Shown here piece by piece: positions 42,120 through 55,282 of a stretch of 64,000 nucleotides of DNA (positions are counted from its first letter, which is position 1; each line of letters begins with the position of its first letter). The stretch comes from an uncultured Alphaproteobacteria bacterium (lineage in GTDB: Bacteria; Pseudomonadota; Alphaproteobacteria; HIMB59; GCA-002718135). Location of the stretch: NCBI GenBank assembly GCA_902623545.1, contig CACNUI010000003.1, positions 36,436-100,435 on the forward strand, written 5' to 3'. The translations under genes and the position numbers were made by a program. The notes under the pieces are model-generated. The model saw nothing but the letters and a program-made list of their open reading frames with translations. It was not told where the DNA came from and did not search any database.

Positions 42120-43184
42120 ATGCCTTTAATATCACTTAGACAACTTTTAGACCACGCAGCTGAAAACAACTACGGAGTTCCTGCATTTAATGTTAACAAT
42201 TTAGAGCAAATTAGAGCAATTATGGAAGGTGCTAACGACCTCAATAGCCCAGTTATCATTCAGGTATCCAAATCAGCTAGAAAATATGCTGGCTCTATAT
42301 TTTTAAAAAATATGGTGCAAGCAGCTACTCAAGAATTTTCAGACATTCCTGTTGTTCTCCATCAAGATCACGGTGGTTCGCCTGAAGATTGTAAAAGTTG
42401 TATTGAATTAGGTTTTACATCAGTGATGATGGACGGCTCATTAAGAGAGGATCAGAAAACACCCTCTGATTTTCAGTATAATGTTGAAGTAACAAAAAAA
42501 ACTGTTGATATGGCTCATTATCTTGGAGTTTCTGTAGAAGGTGAACTAGGTTGTCTTGGATCACTTGAAACAGGAACTGGCGAAAAAGAAGATGGTGTAG
42601 GTGCAGAGGGTATATTAACTCAAGACCAATTATTAACTGACCCTGATGAAGCTTCAACTTTTGTTAGTCAAACAAAAGTAGATGCTCTCGCAATTGCTAT
42701 TGGAACAAGTCACGGTGCATATAAATTTTCTAAACCACCCACTGGCGAAACACTTGCGATGGAAAGAATAAGACAAATTCATTCAAAAATACCAAATACT
42801 CATCTAGTTATGCATGGATCTTCTAGCGTACCCAAAAACTTAATTGCTGATATAAACAAATATGGTGGAGAAATTAAAGAGACCTATGGTGTACCAGTTG
42901 ATGAAATTAAAGAAGGAATAAAAAATGGAGTTAGAAAAGTAAATGTGGATACTGATTTAAGATTAGCATCAACTGCTGCAATAAGAAAATATCTTTTTGA
43001 AAATCCATCTGATTTTGACCCAAGAAAATACCTTTCACTCTCAAAAGATGCAATGAAAGAAGTTGTTAAAAATAAATTAGAGGAATTTGGAGCTGCTGAA
43101 AATGCATCAAAAATAAAACCTTCATCATTATCAATTATGGCCTCCAGGTATCAATCTGGAGAGTTAAGCTCGATAATAAATTAA
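42120..43184 (+). CDS. fba: Class II fructose-bisphosphate aldolase (about 354-aa long form)
   Basis: N-terminus [30 protein letters not shown], with [25 protein letters not shown] and VMHGSS motifs. Confidence 0.92.
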   Translation: MPLISLRQLLDHAAENNYGVPAFNVNNLEQIRAIMEGANDLNSPVIIQVSKSARKYAGSIFLKNMVQAATQEFSDIPVVLHQDHGGSPEDCKSCIELGFTSVMMDGSLREDQKTPSDFQYNVEVTKKTVDMAHYLGVSVEGELGCLGSLETGTGEKEDGVGAEGILTQDQLLTDPDEASTFVSQTKVDALAIAIGTSHGAYKFSKPPTGETLAMERIRQIHSKIPNTHLVMHGSSSVPKNLIADINKYGGEIKETYGVPVDEIKEGIKNGVRKVNVDTDLRLASTAAIRKYLFENPSDFDPRKYLSLSKDAMKEVVKNKLEEFGAAENASKIKPSSLSIMASRYQSGELSSIIN

Positions 43185-44222
43185 ATGAATAAAATACGTT
43201 GGGGTATAATTGGTCCAGGTTCAATTGCAAACAATTTTGCAGATGCTCTCTTACAAACATATTCTGCTGAATTAACAGCAATTGCTAGTTATAATGATGA
43301 AAGGCGAAAAATTTTTGGAGATAAATATAATATTTCAAATAATTTAAGATTTGATGATTATGATTCTCTATTAAATTGCGAATTAGTTGATGCTGTTTAC
43401 ATATCAACACCACACACACTTCATGCTGACTTATCAATTAAAGCGGCTGGAAAAGGTAAGCACATTTTGTGTGAAAAACCAAGTGCAGTAAATTTTAAAC
43501 AAGGAGAGAAAGTAATACAAGCAGTTCAAGATGCAGGTGTTTTCTATAAAGAGGGATTTATGTACAGATGTCATCCACAAATTCCAGCTTTATTAGAAAT
43601 ATTAAAAAATAAAACTATAGGTGATATAACTAAAATTTCATCTTCTTTTGGTTTTGATATGACCAAAGTAATACCTGAACATAGACTTTTTAATAAAAAT
43701 TTAGCGGGTGGAGCTATTTTGGATGTTGGCTTATATCCTGTTTCACTTTCAAGAATGATCGCAGGAGTGCAGTCAGGTAAAAAATTTGTGAATCCAATTA
43801 AATTATCAGCTGAAGCACAAATTGGACAAACAGGTGTAGATGAAATATCATCAGCTATAATGGAATTTGATAATGGAATTACAGCTAAAGCAGATACTGC
43901 AATTATGCAAAATATGGATAATAACGCAATTATTGAAGGTTCATGTGGTAAAATTATTGTTGATAATCCATGGATGCCAGGAAGAGATGGCGGTCCATAT
44001 CATTCAAATATAAGAATAATTAAAAATGGTCATGAAGAAGTCAGAGAATTTAAAGGTCCAGAGCATCTATTTTTTTTTGAAGCTGAACTTTCCAGTCAAT
44101 CAATTCTAAAAGAAAAACAACAGGTTCCACATCCAGGAATGACATGGGAAGACACCTTAGGTAACCTTAAAGTTTTAGATCTATGGAGACGAAAAATTAA
44201 TTATAAAATAAATGAAGATTAA
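43185..44222 (+). CDS. Gfo/Idh/MocA family NAD(P)-dependent oxidoreductase
   Basis: 345 aa with the Rossmann N-terminus IRWGIIGPGSIA, the family EKP motif (HILCEKP) and GGAILDVGLYPVS. Substrate unknown. Confidence 0.88.
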   Translation: MNKIRWGIIGPGSIANNFADALLQTYSAELTAIASYNDERRKIFGDKYNISNNLRFDDYDSLLNCELVDAVYISTPHTLHADLSIKAAGKGKHILCEKPSAVNFKQGEKVIQAVQDAGVFYKEGFMYRCHPQIPALLEILKNKTIGDITKISSSFGFDMTKVIPEHRLFNKNLAGGAILDVGLYPVSLSRMIAGVQSGKKFVNPIKLSAEAQIGQTGVDEISSAIMEFDNGITAKADTAIMQNMDNNAIIEGSCGKIIVDNPWMPGRDGGPYHSNIRIIKNGHEEVREFKGPEHLFFFEAELSSQSILKEKQQVPHPGMTWEDTLGNLKVLDLWRRKINYKINED

Positions 44223-44224
44223 AT

Positions 44225-45193
44225 ATGCAGTATGATAAAATAAAAGGTCTAGAAAAAAATATCTCAAAACTTATTATGGGAAATGATAACCAAACTAATT
44301 ATGATGAAGCCGCTAAATTATGGGACCACTGGATAGAGGTAGGGGGAAATGCATTTGATAATGCTCATATCTATGGTGGAGGCTCTATGGAAACTCTTTT
44401 AGGTAAATGGCATAAATCAAGAAACAATTTAAATGATCTTGTAATAATTGCCAAAGGCGCACATACACCAAATTGCAACCCAAAAAGTATCTCAATTCAA
44501 CTTACTGAGTCATTGGATAGATTAGAATGTGATACTGCTGATATTTATATAATGCATAGAGATAATTTAGAGATACCTGTTAGTGAGTTTATTGATGTTT
44601 TAAATGAAGAAAAACAGAAAGGTAGAATAAAAATATTTGGTGGCTCAAACTGGGGCTTAAAACGCTTTCAAGAAGCTAATGAGTGGGCAAAAATAAATAA
44701 TAAATTAGGATTTAGTATTTTAAATAATAATTTAGCACTTTGCAAAATGATTAATCCTCTTTGGGCAGGATGTGTTTCATCAAATGATAATAAGATCCTA
44801 AAATATCTTGAAAATACAAACACAGCTCATCTTTCATGGTCAAGTCAAGGAAGAGGATATTTTCTACCAGATGAAATTACTCAAAAGATTGAAGATGAAA
44901 TTACTCAAGCTGAAACATGGAGACAGCCTGGAGAGCATTCTAGTGGACCACTTAGTTGTTTTGATAGTGAAGAAAATCGTGAAAGAAAAAAAAGAGCTAT
45001 TGCACTTGCTTTAAAGATGAAAACTAATGCACAAAATATTGCTGGTGCTTGGCCAATTAATTTAAACTTTCCTTCATTTGCTTTAATTGGACCAAGGAAT
45101 ATTGAAGAAATTGACTCAAGTTTAAAAAATTTAAAAATTGATTTGGATGATGACCAAGTTAATTGGCTAAATCTTGGAGATATAAAAATATGA
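44225..45193 (+). CDS. Aldo-keto reductase family oxidoreductase
   Basis: 322 aa with FDNAHIYGGG (Asp/Tyr of the tetrad), DIYIMHRD and IKIFGGSNW. Contains an in-frame DEITQ duplication. Confidence 0.8.
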   Translation: MQYDKIKGLEKNISKLIMGNDNQTNYDEAAKLWDHWIEVGGNAFDNAHIYGGGSMETLLGKWHKSRNNLNDLVIIAKGAHTPNCNPKSISIQLTESLDRLECDTADIYIMHRDNLEIPVSEFIDVLNEEKQKGRIKIFGGSNWGLKRFQEANEWAKINNKLGFSILNNNLALCKMINPLWAGCVSSNDNKILKYLENTNTAHLSWSSQGRGYFLPDEITQKIEDEITQAETWRQPGEHSSGPLSCFDSEENRERKKRAIALALKMKTNAQNIAGAWPINLNFPSFALIGPRNIEEIDSSLKNLKIDLDDDQVNWLNLGDIKI

Positions 45194-45960
45194 ACAAAGC
45201 TAATATTTCATTTCAACTATACACTGCGAGAAAATTTCAACCTTTTAAAGATGTACTTAATTACATTGCATCAACCGGAATAAAAAATGTTGAACTATTT
45301 GCTCTAGCAGATTTCGATGAAAAAGAGTTAAAAGATTTACTAGAACAAAACAATCTAACTTCAATTTCTGCCCATGTTAGTTTAGAAAGTTTTGAGAATT
45401 TACAAAATCTTTTAAATAAAATTAAATATTTAAATATTAAACATGTGATTATTCCAGCTCCAAAAGCAATACCTGGAAAAAATTTTGAAGAATTTTTCAA
45501 TCTAAGTGAAAATGACTGGATCAATCTTGGTAAAGAAATATCAAATTATATTAAAGTATTTAAAGATAACGATTTAACCCTTGGTTACCACAATCACTCA
45601 TTTGAGTTTATTAAGCTTTCTAGTGGAAAATATCCAATGGAACTAATTTTGGATCAAAATGAAAATCTTAAATTTGAAATTGATCTTGGTTGGGCTACTG
45701 CAGGAAAAGTTAATCCTGGTGATTGGATTGAAAAATATAAAAATAGAATAATTGCTTGTCATTTAAAAGACTTTTATACAAATAATGATATGCTGAATCA
45801 TTCAAATCAATCTTCTATAGGTGAGGGATTTATTAATTGGAAAGAATTATTATTCAAAATCTCTACCACTCCTTGTGAAGTTATTGCAATAGAGCATGAT
45901 GATCCTAATAATTATAAAGAATATATAAAAAAATCTTTAGATTATTTAATGAAAATATAA
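45190..45960 (+). CDS. Sugar phosphate isomerase/epimerase (xylose-isomerase-like TIM barrel) family protein
   Basis: FQLYTAR at the N-terminus, with HNHSFEF, LGW and EHDD metal-ligand-like positions. I prefer ATG 45190 (ATGA overlap with the AKR stop) over the track TTG at 45163. Confidence 0.75.
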   Translation: MNKANISFQLYTARKFQPFKDVLNYIASTGIKNVELFALADFDEKELKDLLEQNNLTSISAHVSLESFENLQNLLNKIKYLNIKHVIIPAPKAIPGKNFEEFFNLSENDWINLGKEISNYIKVFKDNDLTLGYHNHSFEFIKLSSGKYPMELILDQNENLKFEIDLGWATAGKVNPGDWIEKYKNRIIACHLKDFYTNNDMLNHSNQSSIGEGFINWKELLFKISTTPCEVIAIEHDDPNNYKEYIKKSLDYLMKI

Positions 45961-45961
45961 A

Positions 45962-47086
45962 ATGAATATAGGCATTGTTGGTTGTGGGAATATTTCAGAT
46001 ACATACTTTAATGCTCAAAAGATTTTTAAAAATTTAAAGATTGTAGCATGTTCTGACATAATTAAAGAACTAGCAGATAAAAAAGCGAAAGAATTTAATA
46101 TTAAATCTTATAGTGTAGATGATTTATTAAAAAATAAAGAAATAGATATAATATTAAACTTAACAATACCATCTGCACATAAAGAGATTATTATTAAGTC
46201 ATTAGAAAATGGAAAACATTGCTTTAGTGAAAAGCCTTTAGCAATAAACTTTGAAGATGGATTAGAAATAAAAAATGTATCTAATAAAAAGAATTTACTC
46301 GTTGGTTGTGCCCCAGATACTTTTTTAGGAGCAGCTGGTCAAAAGGCACGTAATATAATCGAAAATAACGAAATTGGTAAAGTAGTTTTAGGAACATTTA
46401 ATATCATGTCTCATGGAATGGAAGATTGGCATCCTAATCCAGATTTTTTCTTTAAACCAGGTGCGGGACCAGTATTTGATTTAGGTGTTTATTATATAAC
46501 GCAATTAATTAATCTCAATGGTCCTATAATGAGTGTAAATTCAACTAGTGCTACCCCATTTAACGAGAGGATAATAACAAGTTTGCCTAGATATGGTGAA
46601 AAAGTAAAAGTTGAAACACCAACTACATTGTTAGGTGTATTAAACTTTCATAATGAGTCAAAGTTTCAATTTTTTTGTTCATGGGATGTGTGGTATCATA
46701 CACATTCAAATATGGAAATCTATGGATTGGATGGATCTTTAGTTATTCCAGATCCAAATTTTTTTAGTGGAGATATTTTACTTTCTAAAAAAAATAACGA
46801 ACTGAAAAAAATTAATAATGATAATATGTTATTAGGTATTCCTAATAAAAATGATAATACTGGATCAAAAATTGCAAATTATAGAGGTATTGGTTTATCT
46901 GATATGATCAATTCAATTAAAGAAAACAGAAAACCTAGATGTTCTTTAGACTTATCATTGCATGTTTTAGAAACTATGGAAGCAATTATACAGTCTGCAA
47001 AAATCAATAAAGAAATTACTTTAAATACAAAAACTAATAAACCTCAAATTCTTAAAGAAGATGAAGTAATAAAATTATTTAAATAA
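45962..47086 (+). CDS. Gfo/Idh/MocA family oxidoreductase (second copy, divergent)
   Basis: 374 aa with NIGIVGCGNIS and the EKP motif (HCFSEKP). Confidence 0.85.
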   Translation: MNIGIVGCGNISDTYFNAQKIFKNLKIVACSDIIKELADKKAKEFNIKSYSVDDLLKNKEIDIILNLTIPSAHKEIIIKSLENGKHCFSEKPLAINFEDGLEIKNVSNKKNLLVGCAPDTFLGAAGQKARNIIENNEIGKVVLGTFNIMSHGMEDWHPNPDFFFKPGAGPVFDLGVYYITQLINLNGPIMSVNSTSATPFNERIITSLPRYGEKVKVETPTTLLGVLNFHNESKFQFFCSWDVWYHTHSNMEIYGLDGSLVIPDPNFFSGDILLSKKNNELKKINNDNMLLGIPNKNDNTGSKIANYRGIGLSDMINSIKENRKPRCSLDLSLHVLETMEAIIQSAKINKEITLNTKTNKPQILKEDEVIKLFK

Positions 47087-47090
47087 TCTA

Positions 47091-47696
47091 TTAATTAATT
47101 ATTTTTGAATAACTTTCATTATTTTGATCAAGTAATATTTGATTAAATTTATCTAAATTATAATCAACACTTTTCAATAATGAATTAAATTCTGATCTTT
47201 TTGTTACTACCAATGAAATATCAGCTACAATTAGATCAATAATAAAAAATCTACCCTTCGATTCTTTTACTCTCCAAGTCACAACTACGGAATCTGTTTC
47301 AGAAAATATTTCCATATCAATTAAAATTATATTATTTTTCGTGTCAATTTTAGCTTCTGATAATGCATATTTTTGATTTGAATAACTTTGCATCATTGAA
47401 GCTATATTAAGTGCTAAATGCCTTTTGAAATTAACTACATATTTTTTTTTTACATCTTTAGAAGCTTCTGACCAAGCTTCTCCTGCAACAAATTTTGCAA
47501 TACCCGTACCTGCAAAATTGTTATTTATAGTTTGTTCTATCATTAAAAATCTATTTTCATTTGGTAAATCATTATTTTGATATGAAAATAATATTTTATC
47601 TATTTCATTTTTAAGCCAATTTACTGGTTCATTGGCAGACAATACATTTGAGTTTAATAGAAAAATAAAAAATATTAAGAGCAGTTTCTTTTTCAT
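47091..47696 (-). CDS. mlaC: MlaC/Ttg2D-like periplasmic phospholipid-binding protein
   Basis: 201 aa with a signal peptide. Size and position immediately downstream of mlaA fit the call. Motif-level support only. Confidence 0.65.
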   Translation of the reverse strand: MKKKLLLIFFIFLLNSNVLSANEPVNWLKNEIDKILFSYQNNDLPNENRFLMIEQTINNNFAGTGIAKFVAGEAWSEASKDVKKKYVVNFKRHLALNIASMMQSYSNQKYALSEAKIDTKNNIILIDMEIFSETDSVVVTWRVKESKGRFFIIDLIVADISLVVTKRSEFNSLLKSVDYNLDKFNQILLDQNNESYSKIIN

Positions 47697-48481
47697 TACT
47701 CAAATTCAATGCTAATTAAAGGCAGAGGAGTCAGAGCATTATCATCCACATTATTTATAGCTGCATTTCTGTTTTGATAGTAGGAGCTTCTAACTGCAGC
47801 ATAATAATCTACAGAATTATCTCTTAAAGCATTTACTTCATCTATAATTTTTGATCTTTGATCAACGGCGTTTGCCGCAGTCCTCATTGGTACAATCCAA
47901 GCTTCTCCTTCACTTACGGCAAATGCATTTATAGGATCAGTAAGCATAGTCATTATCATACCTGTAGTATCTCTTACGTTTGAAGGTCCAAATAAGGGTA
48001 ATACAATGTAAAATCCATCACCCACACCCCAAGTTGCAAGTGTTTGACCATAATCTTCTTCTTTTTCTTCTAATCCTATTTTTTCTGCCACATCAAATAA
48101 ACCAAAAACACCTACAGTACTATTAATTAGAAATCTACCTGTAGATTCAAAAGCATTTTCACCTTGACCTTGTAATACTTGATTTATAACTACGATTGGC
48201 GCTCTTAAATTACTTAAGAAATTACTAATACCACTTTGAATTGGTGATGGTAACTTTTCATATCCTTTTGCAACAGGTTCAAGTATTATTTTATCAGCAA
48301 CATTGTTAAAACTAAATATTGCTCTGTTAATTGGTTCAAGTGGATCATATATTTCATCTTCAATTTGTGTAGTTTCAAAATCATCAGGTTCAGCTATGAC
48401 CTGATCAGAAGCTGCACCATACAAGTTGAATGAAAACAATATGGTAAAAAATATTATAAAAAAAGGAGATGTAATTTTCAT
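47696..48481 (-). CDS. mlaA: MlaA/VacJ family outer-membrane lipid asymmetry protein
   Basis: DPLEPINRAIFSFNNVADKIILEPVAKGYEKLPSPIQSGISNFLSNL matches the MlaA signature region. Confidence 0.88.
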   Translation of the reverse strand: MKITSPFFIIFFTILFSFNLYGAASDQVIAEPDDFETTQIEDEIYDPLEPINRAIFSFNNVADKIILEPVAKGYEKLPSPIQSGISNFLSNLRAPIVVINQVLQGQGENAFESTGRFLINSTVGVFGLFDVAEKIGLEEKEEDYGQTLATWGVGDGFYIVLPLFGPSNVRDTTGMIMTMLTDPINAFAVSEGEAWIVPMRTAANAVDQRSKIIDEVNALRDNSVDYYAAVRSSYYQNRNAAINNVDDNALTPLPLISIEFE

Positions 48482-48550
48482 AATCTATCAAATAAATAAT
48501 TAAAGTTTATATAGTTTATAAATTAAATATAGTTATATTATAGCAGAAAA

Positions 48551-53593
<5,043 letters not shown>

Positions 53594-53626
53594 TTATATA
53601 TATATATCTTATAAATAATATTTTGA

Positions 53627-54376
53627 ATGAAATTAATAAATAAATTTAAATCACCTAACTTTAATACAAGGAGATACAAAAAAATATCCTTTATAATTAT
53701 TCATTATACAGCATTAGAAAGTTGTGAAAAAGCAATATCATATTTATGTGATAAAAAAAATAAAGTTAGTTGTCATTTTTTAATATCTCAGAATGGAGAC
53801 GTATATAATTTAGTTAATTTGCAATACAGGGCATGGCATGCGGGAATGTCTTTTTGGAATGATCAACATGATTTAAATTCAATTTCAATTGGAATAGAAC
53901 TAGATTATAGCTTTAACAAATTAAATGATAAATATTCAAAAAAAATGATTAACTCTTTGATAATATTAATAAAAAAAATTAAAAATAAATATAAAATAAA
54001 TAATTTAAATGTTCTTGGACATTCAGATATTGCGCCATTTAGAAAAAAAGATCCAGGAAGCAAATTTCCTTGGAATAAACTTCAAAATGAAAATATATCA
54101 TTTAAGCCAAAAATCATAAAAAATATTGATCATAATATTATTATTAGATGGTTTAAAAAAAATAAAATTACTTCACTAAAGAAAATTTCTTTATTTATTT
54201 TTGGTTACATCGGGTATGATACTTTTGGTCTAAACAATTATAGAAAATCATATAGACAACTATTGCTTGCTTACCAGTCACATTATTTACAAAAAAATGT
54301 TTCTGGTAAAATAGATAAAGTGACATTTGAATTTTTAATAAATCATTTTTTAAATAAGTTATTGACGAAAAGTTAA
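53627..54376 (+). CDS. N-acetylmuramoyl-L-alanine amidase (AmpD/amidase_2 family)
   Basis: 249 aa with IIIHYTA, AWHAGMSFW, IGIEL and GHSDIAPFRKKDPGSKFPW motifs. Confidence 0.88.
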   Translation: MKLINKFKSPNFNTRRYKKISFIIIHYTALESCEKAISYLCDKKNKVSCHFLISQNGDVYNLVNLQYRAWHAGMSFWNDQHDLNSISIGIELDYSFNKLNDKYSKKMINSLIILIKKIKNKYKINNLNVLGHSDIAPFRKKDPGSKFPWNKLQNENISFKPKIIKNIDHNIIIRWFKKNKITSLKKISLFIFGYIGYDTFGLNNYRKSYRQLLLAYQSHYLQKNVSGKIDKVTFEFLINHFLNKLLTKS

Positions 54377-54396
54377 AAAAATTTAAAAAGCATAAT

Positions 54397-54730
54397 GATG
54401 GTGCGATGATCGCTTGAGTAATCAAGAGGAAAGTCCGGGCTCCACTGGAAAAAAAACCAGGTAACTCCTGGCAGGTGTAAGCTTAGGGAAAGTGCAACAG
54501 AAAATATACCGCCTAAAAAGGTAAGGGTGAAATGGTAAGGTAAGAGCTTACCGCTTTTTTGGTAACAAAAAAGGCTTTGCAAACCCTTTTTGGAGCAAGG
54601 TCAAATAGGAATGGTAATCAGTTCCAGCTGGGCCATTCGGGTAGACTGCTTGAAACAAATGGTGACATTTGTTCTAGATTAATGATCATCAATTTTTTAT
54701 TAAATTACAGAACCCGGCTTATGCACCATC
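54397..54730 (+). ncRNA. rnpB: RNase P RNA, bacterial type A
   Basis: Conserved blocks read directly: GAGGAAAGTCCGGGCTCC (P4 5' strand), AGGGAAAGTGCAACAGAAA, GGTAAGGGTGAAA and ACAGAACCCGGCTTA (P4 3' strand). P1 pairs GATGGTGC (54397-404) with GCACCATC (54723-30). Ends are accurate to about +/-5 nt. Confidence 0.93.
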
Positions 54731-54746
54731 TATATTTATTAAGAAC

Positions 54747-54765
54747 ATACAAAGAACATTTGTAT
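54747..54765 (+). terminator. Weak AT-rich hairpin after rnpB (possible terminator)
   Basis: ATACAAA-GAACA-TTTGTAT forms a 7-bp stem with one G-C pair, followed by TTAATTTAT. Marginal stability. Confidence 0.25.
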
Positions 54766-54777
54766 TTAATTTATATA

Positions 54778-54812
54778 CCCATTGACGCCCATATATTCCC
54801 ATGATAACCCAT
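54778..54812 (+). promoter_or_regulatory. Four phased CCCAT (= TGGGN on the opposite strand) repeats; putative MraZ operator
   Basis: CCCAT occurs at 54778-82, 54788-92, 54798-802 and 54808-12, an exact 10-bp period. The minus strand reads TGGGT, TGGGA, TGGGC, TGGGT with 5-nt spacers. The last repeat ends 5 nt before the mraZ ATG. Confidence 0.6.
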
Positions 54813-54817
54813 AATTC

Positions 54818-55282
54818 ATGGATTTGTTTGTATCTAAATATATTAATAAAATAGATAAGAAGGGAAGAGTTTCTCTACCTTCTAGCTTTAGAAATGTACT
54901 TCCAAAAGCTAATAGAAGTGAAATTATTTTATACAAATCTATAAAAACACCTTCTATTGAAGGTTGTGGTGTTGGAAGATTAAAAGAAATCGCAAAAAGA
55001 ATTAATAATTTAGATTTCTTTTCAGAAGATTATGATGATTTCTCAACATCTATATTTTCTGAAATAGTAACAACTAATATTGATAAAGAAGGAAGATTTT
55101 TAATTCCTGAAGAATTAAAATTATACGCTAGTATTAAAACTGAAGCTGCTTTTTTTGGTCAAGGCCATTACTTTCAAATTTGGGAACCACAAAAAGGACA
55201 AAAAAATACTGAAGATTCAAGAAGACGTCTTTTAAATGAAAAAAAATCATTACGAATGATGTTAACACAACAAAAAATATGA
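54818..55282 (+). CDS. mraZ: Division/cell wall cluster transcriptional regulator MraZ
   Basis: 154 aa with two SpoVT/AbrB-like halves (DKKGRVSLPSSFR and DKEGRFLIPEEL). Confidence 0.93.
   Translation: MDLFVSKYINKIDKKGRVSLPSSFRNVLPKANRSEIILYKSIKTPSIEGCGVGRLKEIAKRINNLDFFSEDYDDFSTSIFSEIVTTNIDKEGRFLIPEELKLYASIKTEAAFFGQGHYFQIWEPQKGQKNTEDSRRRLLNEKKSLRMMLTQQKI

Noticed and set aside
38829-47090. The tRNA-adjacent sugar operon as a horizontally acquired genomic island
   Set aside because: There is no integrase or recombinase, and I found no direct repeat of the tRNA 3' end at the distal boundary (about 47087). The visibly higher GC of the SBP, permease and fba genes is not anomalous. Spot counts of single 60-nt lines gave 45%, 33% and 37% in those genes. 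A carB line gave 37%, while murF and the second oxidoreductase gave 27% and 17%. Conserved or highly expressed genes here are generally less AT-rich. Composition alone therefore does not support recent HGT. Variable presence across strains remains untested.
48504-48520. Direct repeat AGTTTATA-t-AGTTTATA upstream of uvrD, considered as an alphaproteobacterial LexA box (GTTC-N7-GTTC)
   Set aside because: The sequence is GTTT rather than GTTC, and the G-to-G spacing is 9 nt rather than 11. It is most likely AT-rich coincidence.
54195-54804. Three track ORFs (54195..54425 -, 54373..54582 -, 54559..54804 +) in the ampD-mraZ gap
   Set aside because: They overlap the RNase P RNA gene, whose conserved P4/CR blocks are unmistakable, and show no protein-like features. 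They are spurious translations of a structured RNA.
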